From Glaucostegus cemiculus (Eukaryota), in NCBI GenBank assembly GCA_976551045.1, contig CDPCPM010000106.1:26288001-26352000 (forward strand): DNA of 64,000 nucleotides, given 5' to 3'. Below, one piece after another: positions 50,230 through 61,970 of the stretch. Under the pieces are notes generated by a model. The model saw only the letters and a program-made list of their open reading frames with translations, was not told the origin of the DNA and made no database searches. The number at the start of each line of letters is the position of its first letter. Position 1 is the first letter of the stretch. The position numbers and the translations under genes are program-made.

Positions 50230-50735
50230 TTCAACTGCCTCTGCAACTTTCTTCTCCACCCATTGCCCACCATTAAAGCCCACTGCTGAATTCCACTCCT
50301 GACTGACTCTGAATTGCACCTCTGTGAAGTTTCTCTCCTGTCTCACTTCATTCTCTTTCTGAGCTCAACTTTCATATGACACCCACCTTCAGCTCTTCCA
50401 ACCTTATTCCCATTATACTTCAGAACACCCAACCCCTTCCTGGCCCAGATGTTAGCCAACATTGTTAACAGTTCCTCCTGTCAGGAACTGTCCAATCTCC
50501 TGACTTCATCCCTCTCTTCAAAAGAAATCCCTCCCAAACTACCATCCCATCGCCAAACTCCTTTCCATCCAGTCCTTGAACATTATGTCACCTCCATAAT
50601 TTGCTGCTACATTTCCTGCAGCTCCTTGTTTGAATCCTTCCACCTAGCCTTTTGTCCTTGATACTGTACAAAAATGACCATTATCAAATCACAAGTGACA
50701 TGTCACAGTGCACAATCTTTCCTCACTCTTCCAAC
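50230..50735 (+). mobile_element. L2-type LINE RT fragment
   Basis: MLANIVNSS...NYHPIAKLLSI.VLE...LFESFHLAFCP..CTKMTIIKS (cf. NYRPISNLPFLSKVLE...QSGFRPxHSTETALIKV). Confidence 0.72.
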
Positions 50736-51050
50736 TATGGCTCAACTGGAGTACTCTTGCCTCTGAATCAGAAGATTGTGAGTTTAAGTCCAGCTGCAGA
50801 GACCTGAATAACAAAAAAATTAGATTGCTCCTTCAAGTGCAGTACAGAGCAAGTGCTGTATTGTTGTACATGGCACCTTGTGTGAAATAAAGGCTAAGTT
50901 TGGTCTTTCAGTACTTACCAAATATCATGGTATTATTTTGAAAAAGAACAGGGTACTTTTTTCCAGTATACTGCCTAATATCTATCCTTCCATCAAAATT
51001 GCTTAAAAATGTAGATTATTTGACCCTTATTACATTGTTTAATTGCATAT
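50736..51050 (+). mobile_element. DeuSINE (SacSINE1-like), decayed
   Basis: TGGCTCAACTGGAGTACTCTTGCCTCTGAATCAGAAGATTGTGAGTTTAAGTCC head; CATGGTATTATTTTGAAAAAGAACAGGG Deu core. Confidence 0.72.
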
Positions 51051-52289
51051 ATGTCTAAATTCTCTTCAGCATTTCTGGAACTAGGGTACTGATTGCTTTC
51101 ATGGAAGCTGTTCAAATCCACCCTTTTGCTGGAATTGTTTGGCTGCCTTTTTCTTTTATTAGCCTCTTGCATTCACAATCAGGAGTAATTATAAGTCCTA
51201 GAACAGCAATTATTGGATATTCATTAATAATGACAGACAATAGAATTGGTAACTACTTACAGTAAACAGTAAACTTACTTTAATAGCCTTTGGGCACCAA
51301 TCATCTCAAGGTTTTCTTTAAAAAAATCTTGCATGAATAAGCTTTAAAAAACTTGTAAGTAAAATACATTTTTTAGAAAAAGAAATGTTTTTGTGAAATA
51401 ATGATTAAAGAAATGCAAAAAATGTTACAATTTCCTATTTATATTCATAGATGTCAGGTTTAATTTCTTTGTGATGGAGACATGCCAGGAATGGGATTTA
51501 GAGTCAATTGGTTGTGATTTTTAATCATCAGGAGTGGCTGTAACAATCTCCTTGAGGAGAAAAATAATAATTCTTTCTAAGTTATAACTGCACAACTGGA
51601 ACATTTTGCAATATTGAGTGAAAAATTGACAAGTATTTGCTCACTGGCTAAACGACCTTTCTTCATAGGCAACATCAACACTGATTTAACTATTGTACAA
51701 ATCTCCAAATCCTTTCCACAGCTTTCTCTGTCTCTATTAACATAGAGAAAGCTTCTAAATCATCCACGATATAAGGAACAGGGGAAATTGCATTTCTTCC
51801 GCTCCATGAATAGACAGAGCCAGCTGGGATATTGCTTGCAGGGTGCCTGACTTCACTTGCATTACCTCCAAGGTGGCTTTCAACACTTCCATTTTCCAAT
51901 AAATTCTGAAAGCCACAAGCCACGCCATATATTGTTTCAGGATCCATCACTTAAAAAGCAACATATCAATAAATGTTAAAACATGCCAAAATGAACTTTG
52001 AGATTCTGAAACTTAATCAAAGATAACAAGTCAGCCATAATTTCCACAACACACCTCCTGCCAGGTCATAAGGGTAAAGGTTAATTCTTTGACAAGGTAT
52101 TAATTCTCATTCCTTCACTGTGACAAGAGTTTTAAATGGAGCCACCTTCCTGCTCACCCCCATAACCTGAGAAGATAAAGAAAAAAAACAATGGGCAAAA
52201 CTTGGCTGACAAAATGTCAACACTTCATTGCATACTTTTTATGTCCAGCCACATATAATCCTGAATGTTTGTCATGATCTACTCACAGA

Positions 52290-52850
52290 TCATAGAACAT
52301 AGAACATTCCAATATGGGAACAGGCCCTTCGGCCCACCATGTCTCTGCCAACCATGATGCCAATTTAAACTAATCCCATCTGCTTGCATGTGGCCGACAT
52401 CCCTCCATCATCTGCCCATTTATGTGCCAGTCTAAATGCCTCTTAATCATTGCTATCATATCTGCTTCTATCACCTCCCCTTGCATCACGTTCCAGGCAC
52501 CTAATACTCTCTGTATAAAAAAAAACTTGCCTCGCAAATCTCCTTTAAACTTTCCCCCTCTCACCTTAAATCTATGCCTTCTGGTATTTTAGATTTCCAC
52601 CCTGGGAGAAAGACTCTGACTCTCTACCCCATCTATGCCTCTCATAATTTTGTTTACCCCTATCAGGTCACCTTCTCAGCCTCCAACACTCCAGAGAAAA
52701 CAATCCAAGTTTGTTCAACCTCTCTTTATAACTAACACTCTCAAATCCAGGCAACATGCTGGTGAACCTCTTCTGCACCCTCATCCTTCCTGTAATGTGG
52801 CAACCAGAACTGCTCGCAGTATTCCAAATGTGACCTAACTAAAGTTTTGT
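52290..52850 (-). mobile_element. CR1 LINE 3' end
   Basis: ORF 52370..52564 RGGKFKGDLRGKFF.QRVLGAWN...EAD.IA.IKRHLD; (ATAGAAC)2 tail. Confidence 0.93.
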
Positions 52851-53049
52851 CCTCCTTCTATCCTCCCATACAAATCCCATTCCCTGCTTACTTGTGTCTA
52901 ACTGCCTTGGTATGGCATTCTGTGGTAGAAACACATCCTTTGGCTTTGCTCTAAATGTGCAAATAGTAACATAAGGTGTTGAATTCAGCTTCTGAAATTT
53001 GGTTCTTTTGACTTTCACGAACATAGCAGACACAATAAATTATATTCTT

Positions 53050-53410
53050 TATATTCTGTCCCTTTGTACACCATGTCAAACCTCCACCTGGCTGACTTCC
53101 CATTCTGTATCCTGCAGAAACATCAGCTCAACAGAACTCTAGAATTTATATCGCCAATTGGGAAACTCATCACCCCATGTCTTATTCTGACTTACGATTA
53201 CTCCCAGTTTCCAAACACCACCAATATAACTTTCTTGTTCTCATGTTTAAATTCCTTCTTGATTTCATTTTTCCTTATTTTTGTACCCTCTTCTTACCAT
53301 CTCCAGATCTCTGCAAAACTTCAATTGCCCTGATTGAGGTCTTCTTTGCACCTCATCAGTAGCTGTGACTTCAATTGTCTTCACTTCATGTTTTGGAATT
53401 CCATCAATAA
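53050..53410 (+). mobile_element. L2-type LINE 3' relic
   Basis: KHQLNR...LITPCL...LLPVSK...FLVLMFKF (cf. LQLIQN...ITPVLxxLHWLPV..R..FKILxLVFKSL); FMFWNS. Confidence 0.55.
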
Positions 53411-55121
53411 GAATGTAAAAATGAGAGGCCCCTCAAGCCTGCTCCAACATTTAATAAGATCACAAATGAACTGTGACCTAATTCAGTGCTCTCTTTTATC
53501 CCTTTACATCTTTCATTAACAAAAGTTTAAGCCTCAGATATAAAATTAGCAAATGAGTTTACAGAAGAGTTCTATATTTCCAACATGCTTTGGATTTAAT
53601 GTTTAGATTTACCAAAACACCTCATGCCCTTACCTCATCCCCTATTTTCCTTGAAACTTTTCATTGCTAATGTGTTGGGAATGGCGTTGTCAATTAATGG
53701 ATTTACTTATAAGAAGATATTGTGCTAATGTTGTAGTACAAAGAGGAAGAGCAGAGTTTAACTTCAAGCCGGTCAAGGATGCATGTGTGGCAGATGGTCC
53801 ACATTAGTCATTGTCCTCAAAACTGGATCTCCAGCTGGAACTGCCCTTCCTGATTTGTCTGTGAAATGGAGTCTTTGTAGATTCTAATTCAGTAGAAAAA
53901 ATGAAGATGCTACCTCTGTGATCTCCAGTCAAACTCCACCACATGTGCACTGCTGTCAGTGACTGTCCAATTCATAGCAGCAGTTGGGGTGAAATCATTG
54001 GTAGCATCAATCATCTCGCTCTATACACATCTATCATGTATCTTGGTTGCACATGTGTTTCTATCTCAATAGACATCTGTCTACATGAAGACAGTGCATG
54101 CCTTCCATGTGGCAGGACATCCCAGGTGTAACTGATGACATCCAAGTGACACAACAATCATGAGTAACAAGGTTGAAGAAATATAGGCTTTGATGAGCAT
54201 CCTAGAAGAATTTAACAAGCTAATTTTTTTGACATTTCCAAATTAAATCCAGTCCCCCAAAAGCTATGAGAAGCATTGGGAATCTGGGGCTTTCAAGACA
54301 AGTTGCTGGTAGAAAGGCCAGAGACCAGAGCTGCCTAGTTGGAATCTAAACCCTCATGTATTATAAAATAAATGGTCCAATTTTTACTGTGACTTTCCAA
54401 TGGTTCAACAGAAGCACATATTGGTGAGTTTCAAAGATGCTTTATTTAGCAACCAACCGTTACAAAACTCCAACAGTAAAGGTAAAGCATGATCCATGAT
54501 AAGTTTAAGTTCACTGGACTAGATTAGACAGATGGCAACCTCATCTTGCTCATAGTTCTAAATCTTCAGTGCTCATCAGTATTAAATCACTGCTGGCATG
54601 AAGCTGTTCAAGGGAAACCGTGTACTTTTGGCCTTTTGTTCTGTTTCTTGGTACATATTTTTCATCAGCATGTATCCATTCTGTTTAGTATCATAACAAC
54701 CTCAGGCACCACATGCCACTTTCATGGTCTAGTAAATCATTGTGGAATATTATAAATTGACTTTGTTCTGAGTGAATTAAATGTTCCTTTGTTCCATCCA
54801 CAGGGAGTGTCTTGTTTTAGCACCTACCAAAATGGCAAGGACCAGGATGTTGGCACTGTGGCAGGATTCTGAGCTTTATTCACAGCATATGGATGGTTCT
54901 GGAACTGCTGACATTTATTGTCCCGTTCTGTTGTTGCTTACAAATGATTGAAAATCTTCACCATACCTGACTGACATCCCAGGAGACTGGCTGAAGTAAA
55001 TAATTGTGTGCAGGTGAGTGAGTGCTCACAATCCTTTATTCCTAGCTGATAGGTTATTCACACGGTGTGTCCACTGCTTCAAGAGAAAAGAGGAGTAGAT
55101 AGAGAGGAGTATAGAGCTGGG

Positions 55122-55380
55122 GAGTAGATATAGAGGAGATGTTAGGGGTAAGTTTTTTACTCAGAGAGTGGTGAGTGTGTGGAATGGGCTGCCGAAAACA
55201 GTGGTGGAGGCGGATACGATAGGGTCTTTCAAGAGACTGTTAGATAGGTACATGGAGCTAAGTAAAATAGAGGGCTATGGGTAAGCCTAGTAATTTCTAG
55301 TGTAGGGACATGTTCGGCACAGTTTTGTGGACCGAAGGGCCTGAATTGTGCTGTGGTTTTTCTATGGTTTTTTTCTATAT
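55122..55380 (+). mobile_element. Young CR1 3' end
   Basis: [39 protein letters not shown]; tail GGACCGAAGGGCCTGAATTGTGCTGT. Confidence 0.92.
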
Positions 55381-56589
55381 CTCTGTGTAAACACTTTTGG
55401 AATGTTTGGCGTGCGTTAGTCTTTGAAATTCAGCCAACTCCTCATTACATTCGTAGAATTGTCTCGGTGCATGCTGGATTGATGTTTCAATAATTTTGGT
55501 TGACAATCTGCACAAAGCTCATTTCTACTGAAAAGCAACATATAATTGTGGATATGTGTTATATTGTACTTTTGTGCAATAGGCTTCAAAGTGTAATGCA
55601 ATTAATTTATACGTATCTTTTAATTTTAAAGTAACCTAGTGAGAGTATTTTAGCAAGCCTTGGTACTTGACATTAGGCCACACCACATTATTTCGCAGTG
55701 CTAATGTTGCATTGCAAACTTCAAAAAAATGACAAAAAGAAGCAAACTAGATGTTAATGTTAATAACATCAAAGATTTTGCCTGATTTGTGACAGCTTTC
55801 GTGATATATAGTAACTATAGTCTGTCAATATACATTAATGAATTACAATGCAATTTAGTTAGATTACAATATCTTGAAATAATGCATGATAAAAAACATC
55901 ATTAAGCTTGCCCCATAATATAATTTTGCATGTGTTAATTCATCCAATTTTTAGATCACATTGACAGGAAGCAAAAGGTTATTAAAGAAAGAGACATTAG
56001 AGCTTATTTTCTAATGACAGAGTATAAACATATTTGTCAGGGAGGGAGTGTGCGGCATTGACTTTAATTCATGTAACGTCTGACCCACAACTGCACAATG
56101 CTGTCACTGAATGGAAATCTAAGAGAATGATTAATTCCTTTGTAGTATCATTTCTCTTTTTAATGAACATCCACCAGAAACAACCAGTATGTTACCTTTT
56201 TCTTGAATATAGCCAAAGATAAATTTGTTCTTTGAACAGAGACATAAGATTAATAATGTATGATCGTTATTGATTAGACAGGTGAGTCCCGGCTGCTATT
56301 GCTCCAAAGCAGTTAACTGGACCATGGAGGATTTGGCCTGGAAAGGTTAGTGACCTAACAGTGGTGTGTGAAACCCTCATTGTGTTTAGTGCAAATGCCA
56401 AATTGGGTCACACTCAAAAGTTGTGAAATTGATCAAAATTGAGCATGAAAGAGCATTGGGGTATTTTACATTCCAAAAAAAGTGTCAAATTGCAACCAGT
56501 GTTTTGCCAATGGTACTGTTACAGCTGCCAAGGTTTTGCTTTGCCGCAGAGAGTGTCAGCCCTTCAAGAAACACTCCCTAGGGTAGCCA

Positions 56590-58430
56590 GAGTGAGCAAT
56601 GCATTTGAAGGCTTTCAGAGAGGATGGGGGTGCTTCAGGGAAGGGAGACAGATTTGTTAATGAGGGAGGTGTGGTGCACCAGGGGAATAGGCAGGAATTT
56701 GGGGGGGATGTGGGGTGGAGGTGTGGGTACATCCAGGAGACCCACCATGGTCACCATTAGAAAAGCTTGGCAGGATTTGATTAGAATCATCTCCTTCAGG
56801 AGTGAGAATCCCTACACAATGGAACAATGGTACATCAAGGTAAGCAGTAGAGCAATGAAAAGACTGCATCCTTATCTCGATAGACACACATTACTCCACC
56901 CATATCCACTGCCTCTCCAACACCAACCTCATCCTTCCCCAACGTTAACAATTTAGCTCCTACCCTACCAAACAGAGATTAATCATCAAACAAACTTTCC
57001 TTCATCTCGTCCATTGAGACTAAAACAGCAAGGACCAGCAAGGAGGCCACACTGATGGGAGGGGGCCTTTGTGGATTCCTCATCAGGCTTGAGGGAACCA
57101 CCTTCTTCCTCTGGGCAGAGGGACCTCAGAGATCAAAGCACCAAGTGTTCGGTCTAGTGTGCTCAATAGAAGATTTCTATTGTGAACACTGCATCCCCTT
57201 TGAATTGCTCCAGTGTGTTGCTGCATCAGCAGATGTTTTGGTCACTTCTCGTACCTTCTATTTTGCCTTTGCAGGGAATGAGGAGAGACCCCTCGTCTTC
57301 CCTCCAACAAAACACCACAGGAGGGCAGGAGGAGGAGCAGGGAACACCTGAGGGGGAGGAGACAGAGGTGGCTGATGATGTTAGGGAGTTAAATGCACCA
57401 TCGGACCCTAGAATGCTGGAGTCTACATGGGCGTTGGGAGTCCAGTGTTGTGGCAGTTTGCCTGTAGGTGAGTACACACATCTATACTGTCCTGTTGATT
57501 TGAGTGAATCAGAATCAGCTTTATTATCACTTACATATTGTCATGAAATTTGTTGTTCTGTGGCAGCAGTACAGTGCAAGATATAAAAATTACTATAAGT
57601 TACAAAAATAAATAAATAGTGCGAAAGAGGAATAACGAGGTAGTGTTCATGGGTTCATGGAGTATTCAGAAATCTGATGACGATGTTGGAGGTGGGGAAG
57701 AAGCTGTTCCTGAAACATTGGCTGTGGGTCTTCAGGCTCCTTTACCTCCTCCCTGATGGTAGTAATGAGAAGAGGGCACATCCCGGATTGCGAGGGTCCT
57801 TAATGATGGATGCCGCCTTCTTGAGGCACCGCCTCCTGTAGATATCGTCAATGGGGGGGAAGATTGTGCCTGTGATGGAGCTGACTGAAGAGTACAAAAA
57901 ATGACAAGACTGATACAGATACAGACTGAGTTGGTGAGCATGTTGTCAAACTAACAATGGAGATGACCAAATGAAGGAGATGAATGGGAACGTTGTGTGT
58001 CCTGGTCCAGGATCTTGCAGGGGGACGTTCAGTGACAGGAGACCAAAACCTGGATTCTGGCAGCTATGCACACTCCTTTCCAAGGGTTCACTGATAATCC
58101 TCTCACAAAATGACTGCTGATGCAGATGACATCTGTTGTGTAGGTGCAGGAAGAGGCCCCATAAAGTGTTTCTGCCTCTTTACAGTCTCACAGTGGATAT
58201 CTAGTCTCTGCCACATAGGACAAGCAGGAAGCTCCTCAGCAGGAGCAAGGAACCAGCAGAGAGCAGCTCGTCATTGAGCAGAGTGCTGTCATTCAAGAGC
58301 AGATTGCTGATTATATTGAGTAACAAGATGCCACCTGTGACATATAGATGCTCCCCGTAAACAGAAGCAATGATATGCTGCATGTGAGCAGCTAGTGGTC
58401 TTCCAGGAATGGAGGGATGCTGCACACCCA
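56590..58430 (+). mobile_element. Fossil Harbinger-type Myb/SANT-like DNA-binding gene with intron/exon remnants (interrupted by Rex element)
   Basis: CFREG/ETDLLMREV...RRPTMVTIRKAWQDLIRIISFRSENPYTMEQWYIK followed by GTAAGC donor at 56840; later acceptor TTTGCCTTTGCAG (~57262-57274) before an acidic segment. Confidence 0.55.
57506..57890 (-). mobile_element. Rex1/Babar 3' fragment
   Basis: Reverse of 49740-50115 (YRRRCLKKAASIIKDP.NPG.ALFSLLPSGRR); (GAATCA)n tail. Confidence 0.9.
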
Positions 58431-58469
58431 CAGATTATTCTCCTACATGAGCAGATAGATGAACAGATC

Positions 58470-58790
58470 ATGTTTTTACTGGTCACAGGACTCACCTCTA
58501 CTCTGCAAAGGTATTGGAAATTGGGATATGGTATTGGGAAATGGAAACCCACCTACAAGGTTGTCATATGGGAAAGGTGTGTTTCAGAAAATGGTAGAAG
58601 CACTCAGCATCTCAGGATACACCTGGTCTATTTCTTACTTTTCCCTTCTCCATGTCAGGGAATAAGTTAGTAACCAATATTAACTACAAGCCCATCAACT
58701 GCCACAGCTACCTTGACTGCATCTTCTCCCACTCAGCTCCAGCAATATAACATTTGTCCAAATGACAACTTCTCCCAGATCAGTGTTTCC
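58470..58790 (+). mobile_element. Penelope-like RT fragment
   Basis: YTWSISYFS...SMSGNKLVTNINYKPINCHSYLDCIFSH (cf. FTWSIS..SLPFLD..ISGD.L.TxIYYKPTDSHSYLDYTSSHP). Confidence 0.75.
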
Positions 58791-59799
58791 ACATATTTCA
58801 GTGAGCTGTACAATCTAAAAACAGTGAAGCACATTCTACTGGGATCTATAATATTTTTGCTGAAGTTCTATTGGGTAATGTATTCCCATATGGGCTTATA
58901 CTGGGAATATCAACCCCACATTTAGGGAGTGAGTCTAGTTCAGCAAACGAGCTAATTTTTCAAACCATCCTTTGTATTCCCTTTTGGGTCTGGTTCACTT
59001 ATTTCTATTCAAGACAGTTATTTGGCAGTTTTTGTAGAAAGCTAAGGCAAAATTCCTGTAGAAGTAATTCCCAATGTGACACTCTTCTTATAGGCTGCAT
59101 TATAAATTTATGAGGCCACTACACTTGATAGCTCCACTTATAATCCATATTGCAGAATGTGGAACTGGAATGAAAAACTAATGGTGTTCTGCAGTATTAA
59201 ACTGTGCACCGATGGATGCTCTACAATACAGCCCAGATTAGATAAATTGATTTCTCAGTTTTATAGTGGGCTGCCACTCCTTCCCTTTACAAAAGAGCTC
59301 ATGAAGTCTGAACATTTTTATTCATGATAATGAAATGTGTTTCAGTACATGTGAAATGTGATCTGTTGTAATATCAATGTACATCCGTAGGTCAGGTAAA
59401 CTGAAGGTTATGGACGGACACAATAACTTTTGATGGGAGTATGATACTTTTATATCAGAATGATATTAGTTCCTACATGTGTTAAAGAATGAATTCTAAT
59501 GATGGTGCATCCAGTCCTTTCATCTCTTAGATGAACAGGAACACCTGACTTACTGATATAGTCATCAACTTATACTTATTGTCGATGAAAAGTTAGATAA
59601 ATACACTCAACTCAGATTCAAATCTACAATCCAAGCCCAGTAATAAATCACCACTTGTATTGCACTTGTATTTTATTCCCCAGTTAGAATATGCAAATGG
59701 CTGCTGCTGACTATTCTTATAACTTTATGTAAGTGCACTTACAGCTTCAAAGTATAAATGCAAATTATTTGAAACCACAGATCATTCCATTGCTCTAAG

Positions 59800-60700
59800 A
59801 CCTTCATACTTCCATATATTGCTTCAAAAATTCATTTTCTCATACTTTCCCACAATAAATGATACTTACCACCAGCCTGCTTATTCATCTGTTTACACCC
59901 TAATGTCTTGAATGGACCTCCATTTTATTAGACCCTCAGTAATTTTGTTATCAGCAGATTTCAAAATCTGGAGTACACTAATTTCAATCTTCTAGTCTGT
60001 GAGACCCTCAGCTTTTTAGAGGCAGATTTCAATGGAATTGAATTTTATGCATTTAGTGCTGACAAGCAGGAGAAGTTTTCTATCTTATTTTCTTTCCTTC
60101 AGACAGCTTTCCATTTATGCTCTAATGGTTTCCATTGTAAAATAATCCTCAGTTTTTGTTGTGCTGCCAGTTTGAAAGGCGTTATGAATGTCTTCTGAAA
60201 ATGTATGTGCATCAAATCTACTGAATTCTCTTTACTGGGTCAGTCATTTCTTGAACAAATGCAAATTAGCTTGACAAACATGATTTCTCTTTATCAAATC
60301 CATGCTGATTATCTGAAGCATCTCCGAATACTTGATTTTCAATTATGGATCCTAAGAGATTTCTCACAGCTAATACTAGACTTACTGGTCCACAGTTGAC
60401 TGGCGTTACTTTCACTCCCTTTTTCGACAGAGAGTTAGCCTTAACACCTTCCAGCAGCATGGCACAATTCGCTTGTTAAGAAGAATTATGTTCGAGCGAA
60501 GATTCATTTTTTTTTCTCCTATTTCCTTCATCAGCCTGGGGAGCCAGGAATTTATCCACACCAAAAAAATCAGAACTCAGTTGACATACTTCCTTCTTAC
60601 AATTCTCCTAACAATTATTCAGTAGGGTCTTCTCCTATATTTACATTCCACTTCCAACATTTTTTGTAAAGAATTAATATTCCTATCAAAGAACTATTGC
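59800..60700 (-). mobile_element. Old CR1 RT fragment
   Basis: ORF 60266..60460 PVNCGPVSLVLAVRNLLGSII...NQHGFDKEKSCLS (cf. NYRPVSLTSVVGKLLE...QHGFxKGKSCLTNL); downstream DFQKTFIT and KSADNKITE motifs. Confidence 0.78.
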
Positions 60701-60909
60701 ACAACTGCACTTACCTTTCCCCTTTCCAGTCCTTAACTAGTCATTTACTCTTCGTATATCTGGATCTATTAATGTTAATTCTTACATTATCAGCTTTAAC
60801 TTTTCATATTCTCCCTTATCCGTTCAGTTTATCCTTTAATTTCCCACTATAATTTTGCTTTGTATTGATAAATATTGATCATCATATGCTATCAGTTTAA
60901 GTTTTCACT

Positions 60910-60990
60910 TAATTTGAATATAGAACCATAGAACAATACAGCACAAAACAGGCCCTTCGGTTCACTAAGTTGTGCCATAATTTGAATATA
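60910..60990 (-). mobile_element. 55-bp CR1 3'-tail-only insertion with 13-bp target-site duplication
   Basis: TAATTTGAATATA at 60910-60922 and again at 60978-60990, flanking GAACCATAGAACAATACAGCACAAAACAGGCCCTTCGG...GTGCCA. Confidence 0.85.
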
Positions 60991-61799
60991 TTTACACATG
61001 GAATACAGTTTTTTAATTCAACCCATTTTGATATGTTAAGAAATTTAATTGTCTATGTTCTGCTTTATCCATTCTATAACTAGAGAATGCATATGGCCAA
61101 TCTAACTTTCCTATTTAATTCATGTGGGCCAGCTAATTCTTACTTCACCCTTCACATCAAGATGTAACTACAAATGTAATGGTTCTGAATATAATATTGT
61201 CAGGAGAGATGAGACGAAATGGGAGATAGCTTTACTAATAATAATCTATTTGGTCAAGAGGTTGCTTTGAGAAAGTCTGGAATCATCGGGTGCAAGTTAA
61301 GATAAAATTCAATGGAACAGAAAGTTTTATAATCAGAGGGTATTACAACTCTTTTTCCACTCATCTTTGACATCAATATCATGTTCTCTTCTCACGTTAA
61401 GTCTAACTCTGTTATGATCTCCCATTTTCCGGTTACTTCTGTCCCCACTTTATATACCAGAACAAGAATCCAACAATGTTTTCTGCCTTTCAAGGTGAAA
61501 CTTACATTGATCTAGCAAACAAGACTTACATAGAACTAGCATATCTAGCTAACACACCAGTTTACCTTACAACAGTAAATTTTTCATCTTGCCAGAATTT
61601 AGAAAAAAATGTCTTGATCATTCCACTGAAAATAAACAAGCCAGGAAAACTGCAAAATTTTAACCCAAGGGATAGGAGATTTGAATCCGTTGGTTTTAAT
61701 ATTCAAGCACACCTTCGGCGAAATGTGAGCAGCTCCCTAATAGTCATGTATTCCCTATGTCTGTTGCTCTCTCTCACAATCCATCCAGATTCTGAAGAA

Positions 61800-61970
61800 G
61801 CAAAGTACCGCAGATGCTGGAATTCAAAACAGGAAATACTTAAAATACTCAGTAAATCAGGAAGCACCTGAAGAGAGAAAAACAAGAGTTAATATTTCAG
61901 CTCAGTGTTCTTTCTTCAGCTGCTCCATCAGTTCAGAAAGAATGTCATTGACCTGAAACATTAATTCTGA
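61800..61970. mobile_element. Inverted pair of Penelope-type termini with hammerhead relics
   Basis: Minus copy CTGAAGA-AAGAACACTGAGCT-GAAATATT-AACTC (61886-61919) back-to-back with plus copy CAGTT-CAGAAAGA-ATGTCATTGACCT-GAAACATT-AATTC (61929-61967). Confidence 0.7.
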
